Positions 41,756-52,378 are shown, counted from the stretch's first letter. The stretch is DNA of 64,000 nucleotides from Alphaproteobacteria bacterium (GCA_964291265.2 OZ219747.1:896001-960000); one strand, 5' to 3'. The notes: generated from the sequence alone by a model not told the origin. Numbers and translations: made by a program.

Positions 41756-44700
41756 TCCTGCGGTCGGGACGGGTCCACCTGACCTGCCGCTCGTCGTGGC
41801 GCGCCACGACATCCTTCATGAACTGCCGTTCGGCTTCGGTGACGCCGATGCTCTCCAGGTTCTCCCGGAACCACGTCACCATGTCGCCGGCCTGGTGCAG
41901 ACCGAGCGGGTCCTTCCCCTCGGCCTCGGCCCTCGCCACCAGGCGCCTCCACGCGGTGCGTCGTTCGAGGAAGGCCCTGCGGGCCTCCGCCATGTCGGCA
42001 TGGTCGGCAAGCCAGGATGCCACCGCCTGGCGGGAGGGAGCACGCAGGCTCGCGGTGTTTGCCAGCCGGCGTGCCTCTTTCACGAGGTCCTCGTGGCCGG
42101 GCTGGTCCGTCACGTGGCGGCCCCTCGATGCGGCGTCAACCGCATGGTTCCGGCAGGCCGTCTGCCAGTCGCCGAAGGTCTCATGGGCGGCGAGACGCTG
42201 GCGGGCAAGGCGAACCGCCTCCTCCAGGCGACGGCGGGCGGGGGCTGCGAGATGGGGATCTCTCGCCGCCTCGTCCGCATCGACGATTCCGTGGCCCAGC
42301 CGGCCACGGGCGAGGTGCGCCTCCCAGTCCTCCAGCCGGCGATGGGCGGCCTCGGCCCTCTGGCGTGCCTGGTTTGCGTCCTCGCGGGCCTTTTCGCGCC
42401 GCGCCTCGCGTTCCCTCTCGTCCTCTGCCGACAGCGCAGGCGCGGCGGGGGTTGGCTCAACCGGCCGCTCGGGCGCCACCGGGTTGGCCGGTGTTGCATC
42501 CCTGATGGCAGCCCTTCTGGTGGCAGCCCTTGTCGTCTCCGGGGCGACGGTCGCAGGCGCCACCCGTGTCAGGCGGTCGTGGCGGTCGATGGCCAGCGTG
42601 AGGCGGGATGTCATCGCCGACGGCAGGGCCGGATCGGCGACGAGCGCCCGGGCTTCCCCGATCGCGGCCTCGGCGGCGGCGCCCGAGGGCTGGCGTTCCT
42701 CCCACGAGGCGAGCCACGCTTGAGCCTTTCTCCGGGCCTCGGCGCGGGCCTCGAAGGCCCCGACCAGGCCCGCGATCCGCTGCCGGTGGTCCTCTCCCAG
42801 GTCCGGGTCCCGAAGGAGCCTCCGGGCGTTCTGCATGAGCCCGGCCGCGTCACCGTGATCGTGGACCGGCAGGCCCGCCTCGCCGGCGTCACCCTCCAGG
42901 CTCGACCAGCGCGCCTCCCAGGCCTCGGCATGATCCGCGGTCGCCTGCTGAGCAAGGACACGATCATCCTCGGCCAGGATGGCCTCGGCGCGTTGCACCA
43001 GTTCCATAAGGTCCGGCGCCCAGGCCAGGTCCACCAACGCCCGTGCCGCGGTGAGGCTTGAATCTACCTGGAAGCGCCAGCCCGCGTCGTCGTCCGGATC
43101 GACGCTCTCGCCCACCCTGCGAAGATCCGGCCGGCGTTCAAGCACATCCATGAGGCGTGTCTCGACGTGGCGGACCGCACGGGCGCTCTCGCCGGTCCAC
43201 TCGGCAGAAGCCCACTCCGCGGTCCGCCGGTCGGACGACCCCGTCATGACGGCAAGCGCCTCGAGATGCTCGATGGCCTCGGGCTCGTCGGGCGCCAGGT
43301 CGGGCTTTCTCGCGCGTTTCCAGCGCCCGACCTCCAGGGGCTCGACGGCGAGATCGCCGACGTTCTCCTTTTCCGGAATGGCGGCGGTGATCTCCGCCGC
43401 ATCGAGGCGCTCGTCCACCGCCTCCAGGGCGGTGAGGACCTCGCCGGTGTTCTCCTCCAGGGTCTCGGCCAACTGCTCCCGGTTGTCGGTGATGATGATC
43501 GCCTCGTCGCGGGCCCGGCTGATCTCGACGTAGAAGGTCTGCTGGTTGGCCAGCGGCCCGTGGCCCGAATCGAGAACCGCGATCACCTTGTCCCGGGTGA
43601 GGCCCTGGGCCGCATGCACCGTCGTCGCGTAGGCATGCGCGATGTGGCGCAGCCGGGGATCGTCGAGATCCATCTTCAGCCGACGATCGTCGTCGGTGAC
43701 GAGAACGAGTGACGTCGTCCCGATCGTCTCGATTACCGCGGTGGCCCCGTTGACGAGGTGGCTCGGGTTGTGGTTGCGCGTCCAGCGGATGCGGTCGCCG
43801 GCCCGCAGGTCGATCGAGTCGGTCTCGAAGACATCGTAGCGGAAGCGCACGTCGCTGTCGGGCTTGACATGACGCGGCTTGCCGTCGTGGTGTCCGAGGG
43901 CAAGGCGCTCGCCGTCGATGCCCGTGATGGGACAGGCGTCTCCAGACTTCACCCGGTAGTGGTAGAGGTCGTTGTGGAAGACGACGACATCTCCCTCGCG
44001 GTAGTTGCGGATCTCGCGCTTCTGGGCCCGCGTCATGGAGAGGTTGACGAGAACCGGCAGGGTGACGCTGCGCCCGTGAAGGGCGCCCTCGGCCTCGAGG
44101 CCCTCCCTCACTCGTGCGTTGATCTCCCGGCGCAGGACATGGGTGGGCGCCATCAGCGCCGTCTCCTCGCGGTCCTCCGCCTCGAGGGCAAGCCAGATGC
44201 GGGCCGCGCTGTTGCCGAGGTCCGCGTGGTCCACCTCGAGGACATCGGCGCCCAGCCGCGTCAGGGCCGCGGCAGGCTTGCCGGCGATGGCGTCGAGAAC
44301 GGCCGCCTTGAGACCCGGATTGCGCTGGCGGCGGATGTCGTCCATGACCGCCGTCGCCATCCCGGCCTGCTGCAGCTGGCGGAAGGGCTGACCCGCATCG
44401 ACCGCACGCAGCTGCCGGCTGTCGCCCACCATCACAAGACGCGCCACGCCCAGGTGCTCGGCGCTTCGCATGAGGGACCTCACCTGCTCGGTGCTGGCAA
44501 GCGACATCTCGTCCACCACCAGCACCTTGCCGGCGAAGGAGCCGGCCGTCTGGGGCGAAGGCTCCCCATGACGCGTCAGGAACCACTGCAGGGTCCGCGT
44601 CGCGATGTTGGCCTCGCGGCCCAGCGTGCGGGCCGCGCTCGACGAGGGCGCAAGGCCGATGATGGCGTCGGCCCCGGCAAGCTCCACCACCTGGCGCAGC

Positions 44701-46049
44701 ATCGTCGTCTTGCCCGTGCCGGCGAACCCCTGCACGCCGATGACCGCATCGCCTTCGCCGAGAATGAGACTGAGCGCCGCCTGCTGGCCCGCCGTGAGAG
44801 TGGCGCCCGCGAGCTTCTCGCGGACAGCCGAAGCCGGCACGATCGCCCGCGTCCGGCCCACACCCTCCTTCATGCGGCGGATGACCTCGCGCTCGGCCCG
44901 CAAGGCCCTGTCCGTGACGATCGAGGGACCGCCGCGCGAACGGATGGCGTCGACGAGGTGGCCGTCCCGGCGCAGCTGGTTAATGGCCGCGTGAATGTCC
45001 TCGAGGCCGTGGCGTCCCGGCGCATGGGCCAGGGCGCCCGCCACAAGATCGCGCACCGCGATGACCGACTGGCGTTCCTCGAGGTGCTCGGCAACGCGCG
45101 ACACGATGTCGAGCGCCGAGGGCGCCGGGCGCGGCGTCACACGCTTCGGCCGGCGGCGGGTGAGGTCGATGCCCATCTCGCTGGCGCGCTCGCGCCACAT
45201 GCCGGTCAGCACCTCGCGGTGGGGCTCGCTCTTGCGCCGCCGCGTGGCGAGCGCCGCCGCCTGGGCCGCCGCCGCATTGTAATCCCAGCCCTTTGCGTCG
45301 ACATGATCGACGATCTCCTGACGCCGCGTCGAGAAGGCGTCCAGCGTCGCCTTCGACCAGCCGGCAATCTCGAACCCTTGCACCGGTCCGATCATCGTCT
45401 CTTCGAGTTCGTAACCGAGATCAAGCAGGCGCTTCGCCAGTTCGTTGCGGTAGTGGGCGCCGATCAGCAGGCGATGGGAATGCAGCCGGCCCGTGTCGAG
45501 GCTGCGCCAGGAGCCGTCAGGACCCCGGGTCATGTTGGCGACCACACTGTGGGTGTGAAGCTGCGGGTCGAGATTGCGGCTGGCGAGATGCCGGAAGGTG
45601 CCGGCCACCATGCCCTGCGCCCGCCGCCGCTCGCGCTTGCCCGTCGCCGGGTTGTGGACCCGCGTGACGAGAAGATCCCGCTCGATCATGTCGAGCGTCG
45701 CCCGCACCGCCTCGTCGTGGGCCCTGATCACCCGCTCGTCGCCCCTCACAAGGGCCTGGAGCGACACCGACTTCGGCGCCGAGAAGGTGATGTCGACGCC
45801 CGGGCGATGCTGGTGCTCGCCGCCGCGCGCCCGGCCCAGGCGCTGGTCGGCGCCGGGGACATGGCCGGCAAGGATGGATTCGAAGACCTTCGGCTTGACG
45901 TGGCGGCCAAGACCGAGATCCCGGGCTGCCTTGCCGTGCCAGAAGCTCGCCTGGCGGTGCTCCGGTGCGTTCTTCGCGTAGTATCCGTCCTTCTCGAAGT
46001 AGCGCACCGTCCCCGAGGCGGACGTGATGGCGGTGACCGTGGCGACCAT
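41739..46049 (-). CDS. MobF family relaxase-helicase (TrwC/TraI-like) with long helical C-terminus
   Basis: YFEKDGYY, DITFSAPKSVS, HLASRNLDPQLHTH, GFAGTGKTT, VVDEMS, HAYATTVHAAQG. Confidence 0.93.
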   Translation of the reverse strand: MVATVTAITSASGTVRYFEKDGYYAKNAPEHRQASFWHGKAARDLGLGRHVKPKVFESILAGHVPGADQRLGRARGGEHQHRPGVDITFSAPKSVSLQALVRGDERVIRAHDEAVRATLDMIERDLLVTRVHNPATGKRERRRAQGMVAGTFRHLASRNLDPQLHTHSVVANMTRGPDGSWRSLDTGRLHSHRLLIGAHYRNELAKRLLDLGYELEETMIGPVQGFEIAGWSKATLDAFSTRRQEIVDHVDAKGWDYNAAAAQAAALATRRRKSEPHREVLTGMWRERASEMGIDLTRRRPKRVTPRPAPSALDIVSRVAEHLEERQSVIAVRDLVAGALAHAPGRHGLEDIHAAINQLRRDGHLVDAIRSRGGPSIVTDRALRAEREVIRRMKEGVGRTRAIVPASAVREKLAGATLTAGQQAALSLILGEGDAVIGVQGFAGTGKTTMLRQVVELAGADAIIGLAPSSSAARTLGREANIATRTLQWFLTRHGEPSPQTAGSFAGKVLVVDEMSLASTEQVRSLMRSAEHLGVARLVMVGDSRQLRAVDAGQPFRQLQQAGMATAVMDDIRRQRNPGLKAAVLDAIAGKPAAALTRLGADVLEVDHADLGNSAARIWLALEAEDREETALMAPTHVLRREINARVREGLEAEGALHGRSVTLPVLVNLSMTRAQKREIRNYREGDVVVFHNDLYHYRVKSGDACPITGIDGERLALGHHDGKPRHVKPDSDVRFRYDVFETDSIDLRAGDRIRWTRNHNPSHLVNGATAVIETIGTTSLVLVTDDDRRLKMDLDDPRLRHIAHAYATTVHAAQGLTRDKVIAVLDSGHGPLANQQTFYVEISRARDEAIIITDNREQLAETLEENTGEVLTALEAVDERLDAAEITAAIPEKENVGDLAVEPLEVGRWKRARKPDLAPDEPEAIEHLEALAVMTGSSDRRTAEWASAEWTGESARAVRHVETRLMDVLERRPDLRRVGESVDPDDDAGWRFQVDSSLTAARALVDLAWAPDLMELVQRAEAILAEDDRVLAQQATADHAEAWEARWSSLEGDAGEAGLPVHDHGDAAGLMQNARRLLRDPDLGEDHRQRIAGLVGAFEARAEARRKAQAWLASWEERQPSGAAAEAAIGEARALVADPALPSAMTSRLTLAIDRHDRLTRVAPATVAPETTRAATRRAAIRDATPANPVAPERPVEPTPAAPALSAEDEREREARREKAREDANQARQRAEAAHRRLEDWEAHLARGRLGHGIVDADEAARDPHLAAPARRRLEEAVRLARQRLAAHETFGDWQTACRNHAVDAASRGRHVTDQPGHEDLVKEARRLANTASLRAPSRQAVASWLADHADMAEARRAFLERRTAWRRLVARAEAEGKDPLGLHQAGDMVTWFRENLESIGVTEAERQFMKDVVARHDERQVRWTRPDRRISWRL

Positions 46050-46116
46050 GATGGCCGAGTGTAGCGCAACATCGAGGCCACGGGCATCGTCCCGCAGACG
46101 TGATCAGGAGGCATCG

Positions 46117-47010
46117 ATGACACCTGAAGATCCCGAATCCCGGCGCATCGCCGACGAACTGAAGCGCCGCGAACGCCAGCGCCCCGCGACCGGGGCGTCG
46201 GTGGACCCCGACACCCTCAAGGCCATGCTCGAACAGTACACGGACGCTGTCGTGAAGCTCGTCGGACCGATCGAGAAGACCCTGGCGAAGAAGATCGACA
46301 CCCTCGCGGAAGCCCAGGGGGGCGTCGCCGAAAGCCTGCGCCACGAGATCAAACAGGTCCGCAAGGGTGGCGATACGGACAAGGCCGCGGCGCTGGAACG
46401 GCAGTTGTGGAAAGAGCAGCGTGCCGCCATGGAGGGGTTGTCGAACGAATTGAAGCAGAAGCTGGATACCCTGACAGAATCCCTCGACAAACGGGAGGGC
46501 GGGGTCTTCGCCGGAATTGACGACGTCGCCGAGAGCGTCAGGCCGGCAGCGCACGCACTCAAGGAGTTGCAAGAGGCCGTTGCCAGCACAGCCGCAGTCG
46601 CCGGTGATGTCGCGGCCATCCGCAAGGTGCTGGCCGGTGGAGTCCGTGTGCTCGACGATGTGGCGACCATCAGGGAGACCGTCACCCGCAACAGCAACAC
46701 CATCAATGACGTGGTGAAGATGAAGCCGGTGCTCGACGGGATTCAGACGAGCATCGGCACCTGGTCCAGGAGCATGCGCAGGCTGCGCTGGCTTGGATGG
46801 GTCGGGCTCATCCTCATCGCCCTCCTGTTCTCTGCCGGCGGAGTCGCACTGCAGAGGGAAACCGGCATCTGGACGCCGCTGGCCGACGTGGAGAACCGGG
46901 ACCGCGACGAAGTCTGGGAACGCTACGGCGAGCAGATCATCACCTGCCGCGACGCAGCACGCAAACGCAAACGGGCCATGGCCTGCACGATCGTGGACAT
47001 GGATCCCTGA
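46117..47010 (+). CDS. Coiled-coil protein with C-terminal TM helix, divergent from the relaxase
   Basis: AGGAGG RBS; long heptads; WLGWVGLILIALLFSAGGVAL. Confidence 0.7.
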   Translation: MTPEDPESRRIADELKRRERQRPATGASVDPDTLKAMLEQYTDAVVKLVGPIEKTLAKKIDTLAEAQGGVAESLRHEIKQVRKGGDTDKAAALERQLWKEQRAAMEGLSNELKQKLDTLTESLDKREGGVFAGIDDVAESVRPAAHALKELQEAVASTAAVAGDVAAIRKVLAGGVRVLDDVATIRETVTRNSNTINDVVKMKPVLDGIQTSIGTWSRSMRRLRWLGWVGLILIALLFSAGGVALQRETGIWTPLADVENRDRDEVWERYGEQIITCRDAARKRKRAMACTIVDMDP

Positions 47011-47033
47011 TGAAGGAGGAACGTCCGAAAGCG

Positions 47034-47528
47034 TCAGGGGGCGTCCGGAAAGAAAGGCCACGGCGCCAGGGCGCCATCGACGTGCTTGCCTTTCCAGTAG
47101 ATGAGGACGCCAAGCGGCGTGCCATTCCTGGCGACGCTGACCTCGCCGTGGACCTCGTCATCCACGTACGGTACCAACGCCTCGACGCCATTGGGCCACG
47201 AGATGGTCACGATCCCGTCAAACACGCCATCTCTGACAGGACCCGCCATCCGGTAGCCGTTGCCATCCCGACGTTCCCATGGACCGTGCAGGCTTCCGTC
47301 CTCAAACGTCACGACATAGAACCGGTCGTCCGCCAGATCGAAGGTCCATCGCCCATGAAAGACGCCACCAACATGGCTCTCCACGATGACACTGCCATCG
47401 GCAAGGGTTGCCTCCCACCGTCCCTCCTTCAGACCTTCAACGAGGCGTCCTTCGGCGCGGTTGCCCCGGTCGTCAGACAGGACACCGTCCCCATGCGCCG
47501 TGCCGCCCCAACAGTCGCCCGTCGTCAT
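47034..47528 (-). CDS. MORN-like repeat protein, probably 5' truncated
   Basis: Repeated GxxxxGxxxGxW units (GLKEGRW, GVFHGRW, GSLHGPW, GVFDG). Confidence 0.65.
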   Translation of the reverse strand: MTTGDCWGGTAHGDGVLSDDRGNRAEGRLVEGLKEGRWEATLADGSVIVESHVGGVFHGRWTFDLADDRFYVVTFEDGSLHGPWERRDGNGYRMAGPVRDGVFDGIVTISWPNGVEALVPYVDDEVHGEVSVARNGTPLGVLIYWKGKHVDGALAPWPFFPDAP

Positions 47529-47857
47529 CCAGGATTGTCATCGACATCGACCTGCTGTCCTCCGGTTACGTGATCATGCTCTGTTTGTGTCAAAACCTGC
47601 GTCATGCCTCGAGCACCAGACGCTACTTCATTCATTCCCAGCACGAAGGCCGGAGAATTTAAGGACCACATACTTGACTTAAAAATCCATGTGTCCGATC
47701 ACTTGTCATGTTTCCTTATGTTCCGTCTTTTCAAGCTTGTCGATGCGATGTCGTGTGAGTGCGAGGGCCACCTGTTCGGGTGTCGCGCCCTCGTAGCGGG
47801 TGTTGCGAACTCTGATGTCGGGTGGTCGCGGGACTTGGCGCTTGTGCTTGTCTTCGG

Positions 47858-48469
47858 TCATGGTGCGACTCCGATTAGGACCAAGGGGACGGCAGGCACC
47901 CCACGCCCCTGCCGAATGACGTTCAGCAAATCGCGTTCGTAATACGGAACCCCGGAAGACATCTCTCGTTCAAGTTCCTTCATCGGCAGTATCTCTATCC
48001 CCACGTCGATGATGTCAGACACGTAGAAGCTCAAGTGCTTGACGAATAAGTCATGTGCCACAAAAGCATATTTGCCGAACTGAACTTCGACGGCCACTCG
48101 ATCCTTCACAAAATCTGTTTGGTTGTAGGACATGATCGGCTCATGCCCTGCCTCCTGGATTGCGGTCTTTTGTTCCTGTTCGGACCTTCCGTATATTGTG
48201 CGGAGCAGTTTTTCGTCAGATGTAACCCAGAAAGTGTGTCGGCGTTGTTCCCACCCATAGAACTCGAAATGTCTCTTGAAATCGGTGTTCATGTCGGTGG
48301 GCGAGAACAGGGCGGCGCCCTTCATGTTTCGCTCTTTGGACACCTTGGTCCTATTCACGTGTGCATCCACCTTCTCGATAACACGGCGCACTTCTTCCCA
48401 CAAGTTCGGCTTGTGAACCAGAAGGTACTCTTCGCCATTCAGGTGTGAGTATCGGGCCTCAATTCGCAT
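47858..48469 (-). CDS. BglII/BstYI family type II restriction endonuclease
   Basis: NQTDFVKDRVAVEVQFGKYAFVAHDLFVKH..MSSGVPYYE. Confidence 0.9.
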   Translation of the reverse strand: MRIEARYSHLNGEEYLLVHKPNLWEEVRRVIEKVDAHVNRTKVSKERNMKGAALFSPTDMNTDFKRHFEFYGWEQRRHTFWVTSDEKLLRTIYGRSEQEQKTAIQEAGHEPIMSYNQTDFVKDRVAVEVQFGKYAFVAHDLFVKHLSFYVSDIIDVGIEILPMKELEREMSSGVPYYERDLLNVIRQGRGVPAVPLVLIGVAP

Positions 48470-49299
48470 CAGTGTCCTCCATTTGGCAACGCCGGATCAT
48501 AAATTGGCTTTCCCATTGGCCGGGTTTTCAACGTGCCGTCACGGAGCTTCTGGAGGCGCTCGTGGGCAATGTCCACGTAGTCTTGCACGGTATCGCATCC
48601 GAAGACATTGCGACCATGCCTCACCGCCGCGATCGCGGATGATCCGACGCCCATGTGTGGATCCAGAACTGCGTCTCCCTCGTCCGTCATAGACAGCACA
48701 AGCCTTTCGACCAACTCAACGGGGAACTGGCACGGATGGTCTGTTTTCTCGGGGTGGTTGTTCTTGACGTTCGGAAACACCCACACATCGGATGGGTTCT
48801 TGCCGTTCGGGTTGCCGGACAACTGTCCCGCCTTCGGACCCTTGAAGTGCTTCTTGCCGGGGTATTTTGCGGGCACACGGATGGCGTCCAGGTGCCAAGT
48901 GTAATTTTCATTTTTAGTCCACCAACTGATCGTCTCGTAGCGGCCTGACAGGCGTTTCGTGCAGTGCAAGCCGTGCCCGAAGTGCCAGACAATCCGATTG
49001 CGAAGTTTCAAGCCATGCGCACGAAAGACCGGATATAGGATCGTGTCCAGCGGAACGATCTCGCCGTTATCGACGTAATTCCCCACTTGCCAGCAAATCG
49101 AGCCTTGAGGATGCAGAAGGCGGACACAATCGGCAATGACCTTTTCCTGCCATTGTAGATAGTCATCCAATGATGACCGCGATTCGTAGTCCTTGCCGAG
49201 ATTGTAGGGCGGCGACGTGACGATCAATTTGAACGCGCCGTCTTTGTGCTTTGACATGAATGCAAGATTGTCCTCGCACTCGATAACGGAACGCGACAT
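48469..49299 (-). CDS. N4-cytosine DNA methyltransferase (M.BglII-like, beta class)
   Basis: IVTSPPYNLGK, KNPSDVW, HPCQFP, VLDPHMGVGSS. Confidence 0.9.
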   Translation of the reverse strand: MSRSVIECEDNLAFMSKHKDGAFKLIVTSPPYNLGKDYESRSSLDDYLQWQEKVIADCVRLLHPQGSICWQVGNYVDNGEIVPLDTILYPVFRAHGLKLRNRIVWHFGHGLHCTKRLSGRYETISWWTKNENYTWHLDAIRVPAKYPGKKHFKGPKAGQLSGNPNGKNPSDVWVFPNVKNNHPEKTDHPCQFPVELVERLVLSMTDEGDAVLDPHMGVGSSAIAAVRHGRNVFGCDTVQDYVDIAHERLQKLRDGTLKTRPMGKPIYDPALPNGGH

Positions 49300-50297
49300 C
49301 ACCGCGCACCACTATCGAGATCGTTCGACGCGAACAGGTCCTGATACATCAGGGATCTCCCGGCTATGCCCGCAACCGCGGCGCCCATCTGTTCGATGGC
49401 GTCCAGTTCACGGACGTTGTGACGCCCTGCAAACTCGTGGACGTCACGATCAAAATGCTTGGCACTGATCTTGTGATAGACGCCCTTGCGGGCCCGCTGG
49501 AGCATCGACCAGAAGGATTCGATTCCGTTGGTGTACGCCATGCTGCGCACGTACTCTCCGACGCCTTGGTTGACCGCTTCGCGTCCGAAGTCGCCTGCCA
49601 GTCCTCGGTAGCCGTAAGCCTCGTTTGTGTAGACTATCGCGCCTGTTTCCGTGTTCTCCCTCACGAAGCCTTGCAGGGTCGGTGCCGTGGTGTCACTGAA
49701 AACCTTCGCCAGAACGCTGTTTGATCCACGATCCTTCACGTCGTCAACCACAGTCTTGCCCACTGAACCACGCCCTGAAAGCTCTTTCCGGATCGATTTG
49801 GGCATGTTCTTGCGGAGACCGCCCATGTAGGTCTCGTCGGCCTCGACCGGGCCGGTGAAGGACGCGGCCTCGATCTTCCATGCCTCGCGGATGCGGTGAA
49901 GCATGAACCACGCCGTCTTCTGCGTGACCTTGATATCCCGATGAAGCTTCATCGAGGACACACCCTTCAGGTTTGTCATTTCGAGGTAGATGGCCAAGAC
50001 CCACTTGCGGAACGAGACCTTGGACCGTTGAAGCGCGGTGCCGGTCCTGACTGAAAAGGTCTTCCGGCAACCCCTACAGTAGTAGGGCAGGCCCGACGTG
50101 GCAGATGCCTGCATGGTCTCCGTGGAGCCACAACGGGGGCAATGACGGCCTTCCGGCCAGATCACCGCCTCGAACCACGCCGCCGCGCCGTCTTCATCAG
50201 GGAAGATGTCCCCAAGCTCCAAGATGGAGATGCCCTCGCGATGTGACTTGCCCGGTTCCTTCTGTGCCACTTCCGAATCCAATTCGTTGTTTCCCAC
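49299..50297 (-). CDS. IS1595 family transposase
   Basis: CPRCGS..CRGCRK zinc ribbon, VEADETYMGG, TNGIESFWSML; second catalytic D appears as N (YTNEA). Confidence 0.9.
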   Translation of the reverse strand: MGNNELDSEVAQKEPGKSHREGISILELGDIFPDEDGAAAWFEAVIWPEGRHCPRCGSTETMQASATSGLPYYCRGCRKTFSVRTGTALQRSKVSFRKWVLAIYLEMTNLKGVSSMKLHRDIKVTQKTAWFMLHRIREAWKIEAASFTGPVEADETYMGGLRKNMPKSIRKELSGRGSVGKTVVDDVKDRGSNSVLAKVFSDTTAPTLQGFVRENTETGAIVYTNEAYGYRGLAGDFGREAVNQGVGEYVRSMAYTNGIESFWSMLQRARKGVYHKISAKHFDRDVHEFAGRHNVRELDAIEQMGAAVAGIAGRSLMYQDLFASNDLDSGAR

Positions 50298-50339
50298 TGA
50301 ACATGATCGATGTCCTGATTTCCGTCAAGTATATAGCCC

Positions 50340-50860
50340 CAAGAATCTGGAAGACCTCCGACGACACCGGCGCCGTGACCGTGGCGCAAGCGCGTCAACG
50401 GGCACGCGCCATGCTGGCGGCGTACAGGAACTGTGGCTCCGCAGAGCCCGGGATCGAGAATGACGCACTCTTCGAGACCGTCGCACGGGAAGTCCTTGTC
50501 CACCACGAACGGCTCTGGAAACCCGGCACCCTCGAGGTCAACCGGAAACATCTTCGCAGACAGACCCTGCCCTTCTTTGCCGGCCGCATGATCAGCGCCA
50601 CTACCCGGCAGGATGTCGCAGCATGGTTCCGCTCCCTCCATGCAACGGCGGCGGCGGCAAACCGGTCTGCGCCGGTCCTTTCTGTCATCACGCAGAAGGC
50701 CGAGGCCTGGGCTTACAGGCCGGAGAACAGCAACCTCTGTGCCGGTATCCGCCGCTACCGCGAGACCAGGCGCGAACGGATCCTCCTGCCGGAGGAGTAT
50801 CGCATTCTTGCAGATGTTCTGGCACCCCACCAGTCAAGGTGTCCCTTGCAAACTGATGCC
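50340..50860 (+). pseudogene. Internal fragment of a third, diverged integrase A paralogue
   Basis: ARQRARAMLA..LFETVAREV..WKPGTLEVNR..WFRSLHAT..ANRSAPVLSVI. Confidence 0.8.
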
Positions 50861-50899
50861 ATGCTGATGTCAGTCTCGCGGAAAAGGAATTGCAACTAC

Positions 50900-52378
50900 T
50901 CACCCCTTGTTGGGGTCTGGTTGTCCGTAGTGCTCGTTGAGGATGTCTGCGGCCTTTCCGTCGAGGGCGATGTGGATGGCGACGTGAGGGTTGTAGCCGA
51001 GTGCGTCCATGGTGGTGAGGTAGCTTGAGCCTCGGCACCATGCCTTGGCGTGGGGCATGGTGCGGAAACATCCGGACACCTTGATCTTGACCTTTGTCAT
51101 CCTGATCTTCTGCTCTCCGGTATTATTTGTGAAACTGACATTGGGGTCCTTCATGAAGCGCAGGACGGACTTCTCGTGTTTCACGAGACGTTCATGCAGG
51201 TTGTGCGCGTCGGACTTTGCGATGCGTCCCCGTTTTCCTTTCGTCCGTGGCGGGATGTCGGGCAGTTCCTTGGCGCCCTGGGTGAGGATGGTGCGGTAGC
51301 GCTTGCGCACGGCCCGGCGGTCGGCCTCGTTCAAGGTCTTGGATGCGCTCTTGTTGACCCTGCGGGAGACCTCGCGCAGCAGGCTTTTCATCAGTCGCGC
51401 CCAGCGGTAGCCGTTGGACTCGACGACGAAGGTCATCTTGCGCAGCAGGTGGCTGCCGCACAGTTGGTGGCGGCACTGATCGTAGCCCATGTAGGCAGCC
51501 CAGCAGTCGTGGATCAGGACGCCCTTGTAGCGCGGGATGATGCCGATATCTTCGATCGCCTCCCGGCCGCGCTTGGGGTGCGGGAACTTGCACGTCAGGG
51601 TGCCGTCGGTGACGACATGGAGCCATTGGGTCTTGCCGGCGACCCGGAAGCCGGTCTCGTCGACATGCAGGGCCGGTTGTTGCAGGAGATGGGCCACGGC
51701 GGCCTCCTCCCATGATGCGAGGGCATCGTGAAAGCGCCGGACATAGCCGAGGCAGGTCGCCTCGGAGAGCTTGATGCCGGAGATCGCGTGCACGAGCGAG
51801 ACGGCACGACGCAGGGACAGCATCTGGGCGATCAGCAGGTTGATGACGAGGGCCTGGATGCTGACGCCGTACTGCAGGGGGCCCGGCATGTTGTCTGGGA
51901 ACCGGCCCTTGGTCCGGGCCCGGCACTTCGGGCATTCCTTGATCTCGGCTTCGACGCGGTGCTCGACGACTTCGAACACGATGTCGTAGAGGACGCGGCA
52001 CTCCCGGTCGACGGGGTCGACATCGTGGAGGTCGGCGCCGCAGGCGTTGCAGGCATCGACGGTGATCGTCTCCTCGATGGTGGTCGTGCGCAGGTTGTCG
52101 CCCGTCTGCTGGTTCGGCTTCGGGCCCTTGCCGTGGCTCCCGGTGCGCCTCGCGCTCTCGTCCTTGTCAGTCTGCGATGGCGGCAGACCGGAGTTCCGGC
52201 TTGTCTTACGTGTGATCTTCTCCATGAGCACGGTCAGCAACAGCTTTATCAGCATCAGCATGCCGCGGAAGAGCTCCTCGCACTCCTGGTTGACCTTGCC
52301 CTGCTTGCGGAGATCCTGGAACTGCTTCTGGAAGATGTCGGCCTCCTGGCGCACAGACGTGCCGTTCACGCTCGCCAT
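50900..52378 (-). CDS. tnpC: IS66 family transposase (single-ORF ISBst12-like)
   Basis: SRNSGLPPSQ, CNAC/CPKC, HVDETG, IHDCW, QLCGSHLLR, FTNNTGEQKIR..KVSGCFR. Confidence 0.92.
   Translation of the reverse strand: MASVNGTSVRQEADIFQKQFQDLRKQGKVNQECEELFRGMLMLIKLLLTVLMEKITRKTSRNSGLPPSQTDKDESARRTGSHGKGPKPNQQTGDNLRTTTIEETITVDACNACGADLHDVDPVDRECRVLYDIVFEVVEHRVEAEIKECPKCRARTKGRFPDNMPGPLQYGVSIQALVINLLIAQMLSLRRAVSLVHAISGIKLSEATCLGYVRRFHDALASWEEAAVAHLLQQPALHVDETGFRVAGKTQWLHVVTDGTLTCKFPHPKRGREAIEDIGIIPRYKGVLIHDCWAAYMGYDQCRHQLCGSHLLRKMTFVVESNGYRWARLMKSLLREVSRRVNKSASKTLNEADRRAVRKRYRTILTQGAKELPDIPPRTKGKRGRIAKSDAHNLHERLVKHEKSVLRFMKDPNVSFTNNTGEQKIRMTKVKIKVSGCFRTMPHAKAWCRGSSYLTTMDALGYNPHVAIHIALDGKAADILNEHYGQPDPNKG

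Larger units (their letters stand above)
47663..50339 (-). mobile_element. IS1595 family transporter element carrying a BglII/BstYI-like RM system
   Basis: Imperfect TIRs GGACCACATACTTGAC (47663) and GGGCTATATACTTGAC (50339, minus strand) enclose tnp-MTase-REase; no TSD seen. Confidence 0.7.

Noticed and set aside
43758-46064. 768-aa plus-strand ORF
   Set aside because: Antisense shadow of the relaxase
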